DNA of 64,000 bases, taken from Stegostoma tigrinum (taxonomy: Eukaryota). The notes under the pieces are model-generated. The model saw nothing but the letters and a program-made list of their open reading frames with translations, had not been told where the DNA came from and made no database searches. Of the stretch, positions 44,418 through 57,572 are shown piece after piece (the stretch's first letter is position 1; the number at the start of each line of letters is the position of its first letter). The DNA lies in NCBI RefSeq assembly GCF_030684315.1, contig NW_026728203.1, positions 62,001 to 126,000 on the forward strand. The letters are read 5' to 3'. The translations under genes and the position numbers were made by a program.

Positions 44418-45607
44418 TAGAACAATACAGCGCAGAACGGGCCCTTCGGCCCTCGATGTTGCGCCGACCTGTGAGCTAATCCAAGCCCCACCTCCTACAC
44501 AATCCCGTCACCATCCATATGCTTATCCAAGAAATGTTTAAATGCCCCTAATGTGGCTGAGTTAACTACATTTGCAGGCAGGGCTTTCCACGCCCTTACC
44601 ACTCTCTGAGCAAAGAACCTGCCTCTGACAAATGTCTTAAATGTATCACCCCGCAATTTGTAGCTATGCCCCCTTGTACAAGTTGAAGTCATCATCCTCG
44701 GAAAAAGACTCTCACTGTCCACCCTATCTAATCCTCTGATCATCTTGTATGTCTCTATTAAATCCCCTCTTAGCCTACTTCTCTCCAATGAGAACAGATC
44801 CAAGTCCCTCAGCGTTTCTTCATAGGGCCTGCGCTCCAGACCAGGCAACATCCTGGTAAATCTCCTCTGCACCTTTCCCAATGCTTCCACATCCTTCCTG
44901 TAATGGGGTGACCAGAACTGCACGCAATATTCCAAATGAGGCCGCACTAGCGTTTTGTACAGTTGCAGCATGACATCACGGCTCCGGAACTCAATCCCTC
45001 TACCAATAAAACCTAACACACGGTAAGCCTTCTTATCAGCATTATCAATCTGGGTGACAACTTTCAAGGATCTATGTACATGGACACCAAGATCCATCTG
45101 CACATCCGCACTGCCAAGAATCTTTCCATTGACCTAGTATTCTGCCTTCCTGTTATTCCCCCAAAATTGAATCAACTCACATTTATCTGCATTGAACTCC
45201 ATTTGCCACCTTTCAGCCCAATTCTGCAGTTTATCCAAGTCTCCCTGCAACGTGCAACATTCTTCCACACCGTCCACCACTCCACCGACTTTAGTGTCAT
45301 CTGCAAACTTACTAACCCATCCACCTATGCCTGCGTCCAAGACATTTATAAAAATGACAAACAGCAGTGGTCCTAAATTAGATCCTTGAGGCACACTACG
45401 AGTGACCTGACTCCAGGCTGGATATTTTCCATCAACCACCACTCGTTGCCTTCTTACAGAAAGCCAGTTTCTAATCCAAACTGCTAAATCTCCCTCAATT
45501 CTCTGCCTCTGTATTTTCTCCAATAGCCTACCATGTGAAACCTTATCAATGGCTTTACTGAAGTCCAATTACACCACGTCAACTGCCCTTCCCTCATCCA
45601 CATGCTT
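44418..45607 (-). mobile_element. 5'-truncated CR1 LINE subfamily B (duplicate)
   Basis: RT ORF pieces 45134-45568 and 44495-45103; GGTTCA TSD. Confidence 0.93.
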
Positions 45608-47373
45608 GGTTCACCACAGCCTTCTCAATAACAGCATCATCTTGGCTGGTCACTTTCAGATAATCACATACTTGAAACCCAAAGTCTCTCTGCTCCTGTA
45701 CTCACATCAGATTTGTAACATTGAGCCTGTTTTGTCTTTCTATGTTTCTCAAACAAAATGTGTTATTCACATATTTTTAGTGTTGAAATTAGAAAGTGAT
45801 TGTCAAAGTCAAGCCTTACACAATAAATATCTAACAGCACGTGTGTTGTCTAAGGAGCTTTGGTGGATTTCTACAACATTTGGTGATAGTACACATTGCA
45901 GTCCCTGTGTGTCAGTGGTGGAAGGAGTGAATCTCGTGGCTGCTCTGAGCTGGCAACTGTTAAGCTTCTGGAGTGTGGGACTGAGGCCCATTGTCCTGAT
46001 TCTGTCTGAAAAACTCTCTTTGGGCATTATGAACCTAAAAATGAGCATGCAATTCCTAGTCTGAATAAAATATCCTTTTCACTGAAGTCATTTAGGGAAG
46101 GGAACTGCCAAACTGCCATCCTTACCTGGTCTGGCCAGTATATGACACCAAGCCTAAAGCACTGTGGTTGACTAATTGTCCCATGGGCAGTTCAGACAGA
46201 GGATAAATGCTGCCTGGTCAGTGACATCCTTATCCTGTCAAGGAATTGTCAGTGGTCACCCATTAGAAACCAGTGACTGATTGTGATTGACAGCAATGAG
46301 CTAGACCCAATGCAGCGTGTGTGGAGCCACATGGAGGCCAGATTACATCAGAAAGCTGATTTTCTTCACAATTAAATGTAAAGGAAATTGGAACTACTGA
46401 CTTCTGCAAGTGGTATTTTGTTTTTAGCTTTATTGTCATCAGGTGTCCTCAGCATTTGTCACCTTTGCATTGCAGAGCAAGGACAGGAGTTACAGCAGAT
46501 GCTTTAGAAGGTGGGCACTGCTTCATTGCCTAATAGAGGCCATAGTCATTAGCATTGTCAGGGAGAAAGCAGAGCTTTCATTCTACTGAATGGAAAGGAC
46601 ATACTAGAGAAACAATTCTCTAGCGCGGGAAACATGTAAATGGTAAGCAATTGCAGAAAAGCAGGTGTACCTTGCACGATTGGTCAACTTTATATTCTTG
46701 TAATGAGGAATTTTGTGACCTATTAAAGTCAGTAGGATTTAAGCAAGAGAACAAGTAGGTGGAAAACACCTCATGGCCTGGCAACAAAATCAGTCAAGAG
46801 ATAAACACGTGTCTCATGTCCCGGTTCTGTTCAACACTTCTCACTACCAAACCTGAGATTTCCCAGCAGCTTTTGTTCCAGGTTTCCAGTGTCAGCTTGG
46901 TTTTTCCAAAAATGCTGAAGATTGAATGAATGGACGGGCCTTGGCAATGCCTAATGTTTAGGCACAGGACAGATTTCAGTCATGGTTTTGAGCCGAAGCT
47001 GGTCCTGAAAAATTGTCCTGGGAAAGCTGAGGACAGATTTTGTTCTGGCATTGTCTGCAATGCAGATATTTGCCAGTTGTGGCATTTCCAAGGACAAGAT
47101 TGCCCACTCAATCCCTACAGACAGACGCTCAGCAGAAGCAAACACCGAGCAAATTACTGGGGCAGGCATTGAATCAAAGGTTGCAAGAAAGAACAGAAAA
47201 TGGATTTGATTACCAGATGTTAAAACACAAAAAACCTCCAAGAACCAGAAGCTATGAAAATTACACACTGTACTCAGTTCCATGGTGAACACTCTTTTAA
47301 TTTGCTCAGAGAACAACTAGTCATTTAGTAGAATGAGGTCACCATGTACAACAGATATAGATATTGACCCCAT

Positions 47374-49783
47374 TCAATGGAGTGGCAGCCTGTCAAACAT
47401 GTAGTCTCCCAAGCCATTGTCAGGGGCTCCCAGTCTCTTCAGGTTGGTGGTGTGATCTCCCAGCTTCTTGATCATCTTCACTTACTTATCCAAGTAGTGC
47501 CTCTCCATGAAATCACAGCTGGAAGACAAAATTAATCCAACAAGGATCAAAAAATGTCAGTGACCTCCCATGACAGAAGTGACCATCACCTCCCTATGGG
47601 GGAGGGGCATGCAAGTGATGCCTTCACAAGGTTTTGTTTAAACATCCTGCAGGAGGCAGGTAGAAAAATAATTGGATTCCCCACCCTGGAAGTACACAAA
47701 CAGATCACTTTCTACCAGGAAAGGGATAAAACCTCACATGAGGGTCTATGTGGTCAGAGGCAAGTTTGTGCAGATCCAGCAGACTCTGGTTCACATCCTT
47801 CTCCATCTGCAGAGCTCTCTGCATCACCTCCAGACCATTGCCGCACTCATCCTGCTCTGGCTTCTGAAGGGAGGGAAGCAGGAACAGAAAGCACAGCTCA
47901 GCAGGCAGTTCTATCATTAGTCTACATCTGATCAGTTAGTTATCCCTCATCATTTCCAGGGGTTACATTCAGACAAAAAATTTTACTTGGATACAAAAAC
48001 CCTCTAGATTTTATGCTGGCCTGAGAATAAAGAAATGTTAACATATCTCACTGTTACTGTGAATTCTGAAAGAAGTCGTATCTAGAATCAGTCGCAATGG
48101 AAGTAATCCCTTGCTTTACTGTTTGATGTAGTGACCAGAATGGTCCCAAGGCATTACAAACCTCTTCTAGATGTAGTGAGGTTGGATGCTGCTGCTTTTT
48201 GTAGCTGCAAGTTCTCAGCCTTACCTTTTGTTACCTCACCTTGTCCATATAGAGTCACATACAGGGACATGTGCTCACCATCCAGTAGCCTGGATCATCT
48301 GAATTGCCTTCTGCTATTGAGTCACAAATGCAAAGTATTTCCCTTTTCCCTAAACAAATCCTGTTTCGGGGAACAACTTGCCCTTGACATAGTATTTGAT
48401 CAATCCTGAAGCTAAATAGATGGAGATACCATTCGATTGTAGCTGCTCAAAAAGCTGCAAACAGACAGACATTCTCAGAATCCAACCTTGATGTCCTGCA
48501 GGAGGACTCAGCCTCCACGTTTATTCTGGAATGCCATCAGTTTCTCAGCGTGTTCCCGCTCCTCATGGGACTGCTCCTTGAAGAACTCAGCAAAGTGATG
48601 GAGGGCAACATCATCCCGGTCAAAGAGAGAGAACTGCAAACAGACAAAATGGGAAGTAAATTTCACTCAATTCAGCTTGGTTTTGCTCACGAAATGGAAG
48701 TTAGATGGACAGTAAGAAGACAGGTATTTACATTTATGGTCATCCATAAACTAAACTAGACAGACATTTGTTCAAACATCTAGAAATAAAGATTAAGTAG
48801 CACCCGCTACAACCCCTGGTAGGTGACTTGGTGAGACAGTGCACGGTGACGGTCACAGCTGGCAACAGGCATTAGACATCCCTGCACTGCAGGTCAGAAA
48901 CACTATTACCCAGTGCTGGAAGCCAATCAGGGCATTGTCCAACAGAACGAAGGGACATGTGCATGTTGACCAAGAGAAGCTGAAATCTGAGCTCCTCACA
49001 TTACCAACATCACTCATCTGATTTAGCCCCACTGTCCTAACACCTCATCTGCACAAGAGACAGTGACTGATTTTTGTTCCAGATAATCCATATTGGGAGT
49101 GGAAAAAGTCTGCTCCTCATAAGTAGCAACTAAAAACCATGAAGGAAAGGTCACCGGACCAAAAACAGGAACTGATTTCTCACCACAGATCCTACCAGAC
49201 CCACTAAGCTTTTCCAGCAGCTCATTTCAGTCTTTTATTTCCAGTAGTTAATCACAGTTAGGATGTTTATTAAAAAAAAGGCTTCATTAAAAGGACAAGA
49301 TATAAAAAGTTAGATTTGGACTGATGCAAGCTTCCACAAGGATGTAAATGATTTCAAATATAAATGGGCCATTGATATCAACATGGAAGGAGGAGTTGAA
49401 TTAAGAAGCAGAACCAGGCCATCCCTCAGCACCAAAAATGTGCTCTGCCCAGAATTACAACATACTGGGGACTCCTAGACAAGAGCCAGCTCCAACACAA
49501 GACAAGCTTAAAATTGCTACAGAATTAGCATTAAGAGCACTCACAGGATTCATTCCAGGAAGGACAACAGACAAGATATATGGTAGTACTAAATCATTGA
49601 GCAAGAAGCCACTTAAAGGCTCAGTACAATCATATCACAGCCCTAACACTGAAATAGACCATTCAAGATCACAAGTCTCACCATGGAGAGGTAAACATAG
49701 GAGGAATAAAGCTCCAGGTTGATCTGCTTGTTAACAGCATCCTCACAGTCCTTGTGGTAGTTCTGACACGCTTGGGAGGCCAT
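47374..49783 (-). pseudogene. Ferritin copy 8 pseudogene (duplicate of copy 1); exons 49783-49682, 48633-48487, 47863-47738, 47518-47374
   Basis: In-frame TGA in exon 2 (tca 48508-48510) and the same 2-bp deletion at the start of exon 4 as copy 1. Confidence 0.92.
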
Positions 49784-50990
49784 CATCACTAGCCTTGTTC
49801 ATTAAAACCAAGACCACCCCAGAACTGAGTTGCTCCCCGACAAGCTCTGTATTTATACTCCTGGGGGCCATCCCGCACTGACACAGAGAAGGGCAGAGCT
49901 GATGATGACTGGCAATTGAAAAAAGCTTTAACATTTTGTTTCTAAATTAAGGTGGTTGTGACAAACTGCACGAGGAAGTCAATGAAGAAGAGGTGTCAGT
50001 TTCTCTGCCTGTTGTGCTGGGATATGAGACAGAAAGGTGGCAAATTGGCTCTGGGTCATAGAAAACTGTGACAGGATCAGACGGGGCAAGGACAGGAAGG
50101 ATGTTCCCAATGATGGGGGAGTCCAGGATCAGGGTATCCTGATGTAAGAGGACTGGGTTGGACATTTAAGACTGAGAGGAATACAAACCCAAAATTTACA
50201 AAAGTTCCTGGGTGGACATTCAGAGGATTTTTAACGACAGAGGCCATTCAGCCCATCATGTCCGTATCGGCTTCCGAAAGAGCTACCCCCCTCGTCCCCC
50301 TCTCCAGCCCTATACCCTCTATATTCGTCACTCCCAAGTATATATCCAGCTCTTGTTTTGAAGCCACCTATGGGATCTACCTCCGCCACTCTCCCAGGCA
50401 TCAGATTCCAAATCCTAACAACCTTCTGAATAGAGAGGTTTGTCCTCATCTCAGAGCTCCCTTACTGACAAATTGTGACCCCTCATCACTGCCGTATCAA
50501 CTGGTGAAAACAGGATATCCTCCTTTACCCTGACAGAATGTTCATTATTTTTGTCACTTCAACGGGGACACCTCTTAATCAACTATGCTTCAAGGAGATT
50601 TATCCCAATTTCCTTCATCTTTCCTTGTATCTAAAATCCCTCATTCCTGGTGTCATTCTCGTAAATGCCCTTTGAACTCTGTCGAGGGCTTTAATGTCCT
50701 TCCTTAAATACCATGCCCAGAACTGAACACAGTACTGCATATGTGGTCTAACCCATGATTTGTGGAGGTGTAACATCTATTCCTCGCTTTTATACTCTCC
50801 GCATCTATTTGAAAACACACATTTCACAAAAGCCTTCTTCATAGCAGGTTAGTCCCGCTCGGCCACTTTCAGATAATCACATACTTGAAACCCAAAGTCC
50901 CTCTGCTCCCGTACTCACCTCAGATTTGTAACATCGAGCCTGTTTTGTCTTTCTATGTTTCTCAACCAAAATGCATTAATCTTTTATGTT

Positions 50991-52152
50991 ATAGAACATA
51001 GAACATTACAGCACAGTACAGGCCCTTCGGCCCTGACGTTGTGCCGACCTGTCATACCGATCCGAAGCTCATCTAACCAACACTATTCCATGTACGTCCA
51101 TATGCTTGTCCAATGACGACTTAAAATGTACTTAAAGTTGGTGAATCTACTACCGTTGCAGGCAAAGCGTTCCATACCCTTACTATTCTCTGAGTAAAGT
51201 AACTACCTCTGACATCTGTCCTATATCTTTCACCCCTCAATTTAAAGCTATGCCCCATCGTGCTCGCCGTTTCCGTCCTAGGGAAAAGGCTCTCCCTATC
51301 CAACCTGTCTAACCCTTTGATTATCTTATATGCCTCAATTAAGTCACCTCTCAACCTTCTTCTCTCTAACGAGAACAGCCTCAAGTCCCTCAGCCTTTCC
51401 TCGTAAGACTTTCCCTCCATACCAGGCAACATCCTAGTAAACCTCCTCTGCACCCTTTCCAAAACTTCCACATCCTTCTTATAACGCGGTGACCAGAACT
51501 GTACGCAATGCTCCAAGTGTGGCCGCACCAGAGTTTTGTACAGCTGCAGCATAACCTCTTGGTTCCGGAACATGATCCCTGGATTCATAAAAGCTAAAAC
51601 ACTCTGGGCCTTCTTAACAACCCTGTCAACCTGGGTGGCAACTTTCAAGGATCTGTGTACATGGTCACCGAGATCTCTCTGCTCATCTACACTACCAAGA
51701 ATCTTACAGTACTTTGCCTTCCGGATCCTCCTACCAAAGTACATCACCTCACACTTGTCCGCATTCACCTCCGTTTGCCACCTCTCAGCCCAGCTCTGCA
51801 ACTTATCCACGTCTCTCTGTAACCTACAACATTCTTCGTCACTATCCACATCTCCACCGACCTTCGTGTCGTCTGCAAATTTACTAACCCATCCTTCTAC
51901 GTTTATAAAAATGACAAACAGCAGTGGACCCAACACGGACCCTTGCGGTACACCGCGAGTAACTGGTCTCCAGGATGAACATTTCCCATCAACCACCACC
52001 CTGTCTTCTTTCAGCAAGCTAATTTCTGATCCAAACTGCTATATCTCCCACAATCCCATTCCTCCACATTTTGTACAATAGCCTAATCGAAAGCCTTGCC
52101 GAAATCCATAACACCACATCAACCGGTTTTCTCTCATCTACCTGTTTGGTCA
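50991..52152 (-). mobile_element. 5'-truncated CR1 LINE subfamily A (duplicate)
   Basis: RT ORF 51121-52017; TATGTT TSD. Confidence 0.93.
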
Positions 52153-54231
52153 TATGTTGCAATGGGAAAGTGATTGGCAACATCAATATCTTACCGAATA
52201 AATATCTAACTGCTCATTCACATATTATCCTTTCCAAAAAGCAGCTGTTTTTTGCTTTATCATGGATGACTTACTTCTACTGCTAGGAATGTAATTATAT
52301 TCCCCACTCTCGGTCCTGGAATGGAATTGAAAAGAAGCAGGATCTCTCTGTCTACCCTATCAAATCCATGAATCCACTTGTAAATTTCAAGCACAGACAT
52401 CCCTTCCACTTCTACACCGAGAGACTTGGGAAAACTATTATCATCGTAGCCAATTCACTTTCTGCCCAGGTTCATTCCAGAAATTCTGTGCATAAGCATC
52501 TTTGGATTGAACCTACTGGAACAGTGCACTCCGGATGGGGTTGAACTAGGACTTGACAATTTCACAAAAGAAGGCCCATCCAGAGGTATTGGACCCGGTC
52601 TGAGATCAGGCCCACCATGAGAGAATGTGGTGGCTTTCCTTCTTAAATTGCTGTTGCCTATTTGCTGTCGTCAGATCCATAATGTTCCGAGTGAGGGAAT
52701 TCCAGGATTCTGATCCACCGACACTGGAGCATGGCGGGTCACGTTTCCAACTCAGGATGGCATGTAGCTTGGTGGAGTAGTTAGAGGGGGTGGTGTTCCC
52801 CTGTATCAGATGCCTTTCTCCCATGGCACGTAATTAGGGCTATGGAAAGTATTGTCTCAGGAGCGATGGTGGATTTCTACAGCTTTTGGGAGGCAGTACA
52901 CAGTGTACTCTGTGTGTGTCAGTGGTGCAAAGAATGAATCTCGTGGCTGGTGGGAGCGGGAGGCCATCACATTTCTGGAGTGGTGGACTGATCTTCTAAT
53001 TCTGTGCAACAACTCTCTGGAGTTCTAGAATTAAGAAACTGAGGAGGAGCATTAAATTCTGTGTCAAAAATGCATCCTTACTTAGTCTGGCCTGCATATG
53101 ACACTGCAACCACAGCAAAGCGTGAGACTCTGACCTGGCTTTGGCGGGGGGCAATCGGAAATGGATAAATAAATGGTGTCAGCTCAGAGACATCCTCATC
53201 CTTTTTATAAAGGAATCTGTCACCCCTGAGCATCAGTAATTAGGCAGCCAGAGTGCTCTGCAGGTGTAGGTACATTCCAGTCAGTCAATCTACATAAGGA
53301 GAGCTTATTTCCTTGCTAAGAATAGGAACTGCTGATTTCTGCCAGTGGCATTTGGGTTCGAGCTTTATTTTCTCCTGGTGTCATGAGCATTTGGCGTCCT
53401 TAGACTGCAGAGAAGTGATAGAAGTTCTACCACAGGGGCTCGAAGGTGGGGACTGCTTCATTACCTAATCAGGATCATTGTCTAGAAGCAGAGAGACTGA
53501 TACACAAGAAAACAAACTTTGCCATTCTCCTACAAACAGCCACTGCCCTCACTCCTTCCACCACCGCAGCAAAAGAGAGAAACCAATTTCCGAGGTCTGG
53601 ACACAATTGCTTATCTAAATGCTAAAGATCAGTGCATCTGAAATGCTGGATGTTCTGCTATATATATTCCTGTTCCAAAAAGAGTGAATGTATGCTCAAA
53701 TCATTAGATTTGAAGTGCGACAACAAAATTGCTGGAAAGCTTGGGTCCTGGGACTGAACAGTTTTCTCTCCACAGATGCTCCCCAAACCTGCTATTTCCT
53801 GCCCCTGCTTATTTACTAAAGAGACCTAAACATTTGCAAGGGCAGTGTCTAACATTGAGACAGGGGGCTGGTTTCACTGAAGATATTGACCAGAAGCTGG
53901 TTTGGAATAAAAAAGTCAATACAACACTGCTTACTAGCCAAAAAACCCAAACTGAACACTTGTGGAATTTCCACTACAAGGATTGCCCACCTAATTCCTA
54001 CAAACAAGAGAAAAGGAGCAAACCAGTGGGGCAGGCATTGAATCAAAGGTTAATCAGAACAGAAAAACACTTCATGATCAGGTGTCAAACAGCAATACCA
54101 AGAGCCAGAAACAGCTGTGAAATTATGCAAAGTACTCAGTTGCATGGTGAACACTATTTTAATTTGCTCAGAGCACAACCAAGTTACTAGCATTATGTCA
54201 CCATGTACAACATTCACATTATTGACCCCAT

Positions 54232-57172
54232 TCAGCTGAGTGTGAGCCTGTCAAACAGGTACTCTCCCATGCCATTGTCAGGGGCTCCCAGTCTCTTCAG
54301 GTTGGTGATGTGATCTCCCAGCTTCTTGATCATCTTCACTTGCTCATCCAAGTATTGCCTCTCCAGGAAGTCACACAGCTGGAAGAGAAAATTAATCCAG
54401 AGGATCAAAAGTGTCTGAAAGTGACCCCCATGACAGATGTGACCATCACCACCATGTGGAGGTCCACTGAGGTGATGCATTTGTATGTTTGTTTTAACAG
54501 CCTGCAGGAGGCTGGGAGAAGGTAATTGGATGTTTACCCAGAGAGTGCACAAACACACCACTTTCTTCCAAGAAGAAAGTTTACAAACTCACATGAGGGT
54601 CAGTGTGGCCAGATGCGAGTTTGTGCAGATCCAGCAGACTCTGGTTCACATCCTTCTCCATCTGCAGAGCTCTCTGCATTGCCTCCAGACCATTGCTCCA
54701 CTCATCCTGCTCTGGCTTCTGGAGGGATGGAAGCAGGAACAGAAAGCACAGCTCAGCAGGCAGTTCTATCATTAGTCTACATCTGATCAGTTAGTTATCC
54801 CTCATCATTGTAGGGGAGGTACTTCAGACCAACTTTACCTTGGTTAAACACCTGCCAGATGTTGTACTATTCTTTTCTTGAAGAGGAAATTTTCCAAACA
54901 TATCCTACTATTCAGTGATCAGAATGATCCCCAGGCATCAGAAACATCTTCTAGATGTGGAAGGGCTGCATCAAATGCTTCCCACACCTGACAATTTTCT
55001 GTCTTACCTTTTGATAGCTCATCTTGTCCAAAGAAGCGTTAGACGCTGACATTTGCTCACCATCCAGTATTCTGGATGATCACAATTGCTGACTGTTATT
55101 CAATCACAAGTGCAAAGTATTTCCTTTTAAAGGAGCCTCATTGTGGTGAACAGCCTCCCGTTCATAGTATTTGTTCAGTCTTGAAGCTGAACATATTGAG
55201 ATACCAGTCAATTGTCGTGAGCAGATTAAAAAAGGTTAGAATCCAATCTTGATGTCCTGCAGGTGGACTTGGCCTCCACGTTTATTCTGGAACGTGATCA
55301 GTTTCTCAGCATGTTCTCGCTCCTCATGGGACTGCGCCTTGAAGAACTCAGCAAAGTGACGCAGGGTAACATAATCCCGGTCAAAGTAAGAGAACTGTGG
55401 GGAGGAGAAAGGCAGGAAAAGGAAACATAGCTGAAATTCATCAACGGCACTCCTCAATCAGAAACTAACCTGGTCACCATCTTGATTCCACATTTAAGAA
55501 CAAAGAAAATTACAGCACAGGAACGGGCTCTTTGACCATCCAAGCCTGCACCGATTGAGATCCGGTCTAAATCTGTCATCTCTTTTCTAAGGGTTTGTAT
55601 CTCTTTGCTCCCTGCTCATCCATGTACCTGTCCACACACATCTTAAAAGACACGAGCGTGACTGCGTCTACCACCTCCACGGGCAGCATGTGCCAGGCAC
55701 CCACCAATCTCTGGGTAAAGAACTTCTCCACACATATCCACATGATAAATTGCCCGTAGGGTTCAGAGGTGTGGGGGTTATAGGGGATGGGTCTGTTTGG
55801 GATGCTTCAAAGGGGCGGTGTGGTACTTTTGGGCTAAAAGGCCTCTTTCCACACTGTGGGAATCTAACCTGATTCCCCGCTAAACTTTCCTCCTCTTACA
55901 TTGAACTCGTGAACCCTAGAAAGTGAGTCTCACTCTGGCGAAAAAGCTTCTTGCTGTCCACCTTGTCTATGCCCCTCACGATTTTGTCGACCTCAAATCA
56001 GGCCACCCACCATCCCCTCAATCGCCCTCCTTCTCATGAAAATAATCCTAATCTACTCATCCTTTCTTCATAGCTAGCACCCTCCATACCAGGCAATATC
56101 CTGGTGAACCTCCTCTCCACCCTGTCCAAAGCATTCACATCCTTTTGGTAATGTGGCGACCAGAACTGTACATGCAATTACTGGAATGTGATCCTGCCAG
56201 ATCTGTAAAGCAGGAAGGCTTTTTCCATGGATTACAGCCTAAACAGAGGGCACACAACCAGCCAATCAGGGACACACACACACACCCACCAACAGCCAGG
56301 ATTTGCAGTGAGGTCCAGCATTACCATCATCACCCACCTGAATAACCCCACTCTGTCCTACCTTCTCCCCAGCACTGAATTCTAACTGGTTTCTTTTTCA
56401 GTAATTCACATTTGGAGTGTGAAAACATACCACACTTGTCCTTCCTCCTACTGAATAGCTGAGAAACCTACTTCTGAGGAAGAGTCACTGGACCCAAAAC
56501 ATGAACTGATTTCTCTAAGTCCTGCCAGATCTGTAAAGCTATTCCAGCTCTTTTTGTTGCTGTTTCTAATTTCCAGCAGTTGCTGTTCTTTTAGAAAAGA
56601 AAAAAACTCATTTAGGGCCAGAGCAGAGGGCAGCCTGGTGAATGGGGCAACATTTTAAGAGTGCGAGTACATTTTGCATAAAGTGAGTGAGAGTACATGT
56701 TGCTTTGAAATTTTCACACGAGGGAAAGCTTTTCGAACAAAAAAGTTGCAACCAACTTTAAGAAAAGTATAGGCTCATCAGCAACGCCAGCTCATCCCTT
56801 CACAGCATGAAGAAAAATCACTAAGGTGTACATTGTCCAGAGATAAGTGGTAAATGTCGCCCATGACTCAGTTAGAACACAACATAAACTTCAAGTTTCC
56901 AACAGAGTCGGTGTTAACAATTTCACTGGATTCACTCAGGGAAGGGCCACAGACCAGAACACATGCTACAGCTAAATCATTAAACGAGGCAAGAAAATAA
57001 ACCTGAGGGTCAATGCAAATATATCACAGGCTTCAATTTGAGGTCAGATCTTCAATGTCACAAGGCTCACCGTGGAGAGGTAAACATAGGAGGAACAGAG
57101 CTCCAGGTCGATCTGTTTGTGAACAGCATCCTCACAGTCCTTGTGGTAGTTCTGACACACTGGGGAAGCCAT
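54232..57172 (-). pseudogene. Ferritin copy 9, probable pseudogene; exons 57172-57071, 55394-55248, 54718-54593, 54378-54232
   Basis: Exons are open, but the intron-2 donor is AT rather than GT (55247). Many private changes ([33 protein letters not shown]). A hairpin element is inserted at the predicted TSS. Confidence 0.8.
56470..56590 (+). mobile_element. Decayed Penelope-like terminal repeat in ferritin intron 1; homologues near 3670-3775, 10410-10510, 22330-22420, 29140-29250, 41663-41765, 49140-49245, 61750-61850
   Basis: ctgaggaagagtcactggacccaaaac (hammerhead-like CTGAnGA..GAAAC decay) followed by cctgccagatctg..agct.ttccagc. Confidence 0.5.
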
Positions 57173-57218
57173 CTTCACTATCCCTACTGATTATAACCAA
57201 GATCACTCTAGAACTGAG

Positions 57219-57427
57219 ATAATAAAATGTGAGGCTGGATGAACACAGCAGGCCAAGCAGCATCTCAGGAGCACCAAAGCTGACGTTTCGGGCCGAGACC
57301 CTTCTGAAGGGTCTAGGCCCGAAACGTCAGCTTTTGTTCTCCTGAGATGCTGCTTGGCCTGCTGTGTTCATCCAGCCTCACATTTTATTATCTTGGATTC
57401 TCCAGCATTTGCAGTTCCCATTATCTC
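57219..57427. mobile_element. Penelope-like terminal-repeat fragment forming a 177-bp inverted repeat, with 16-bp TSD
   Basis: Palindrome 57217-57393 (88-bp arms, 3 mismatches, 1-nt centre at 57305). Hammerhead-like remnant ctgaagggtctaggcccgaaacgtc. Direct repeat TCACTCTAGAACTGAG at 57203-57218 and 57428-57443. The Penelope assignment rests on recalled similarity. Confidence 0.8.
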
Positions 57428-57429
57428 TC

Positions 57430-57572
57430 ACTCTAGAACTGAGTTGCTCGCCCACAAGCTCTGTATTTATACTCCTGGGGCCGTCCTGCACTCACAGAGA
57501 GGCAGAACTGATGATGACTGACAGTTGCTGCTGGCCAATCAGGAACCACCCCTGCATACAGGCACCAATGAG
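57430..57572 (-). promoter_or_regulatory. Core promoter of copy 9 (TATAAATA 57464-57471), displaced from exon 1 by an insertion
   Basis: Same TATA/CCAAT block; the Inr lies within the duplicated target site. Confidence 0.65.
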
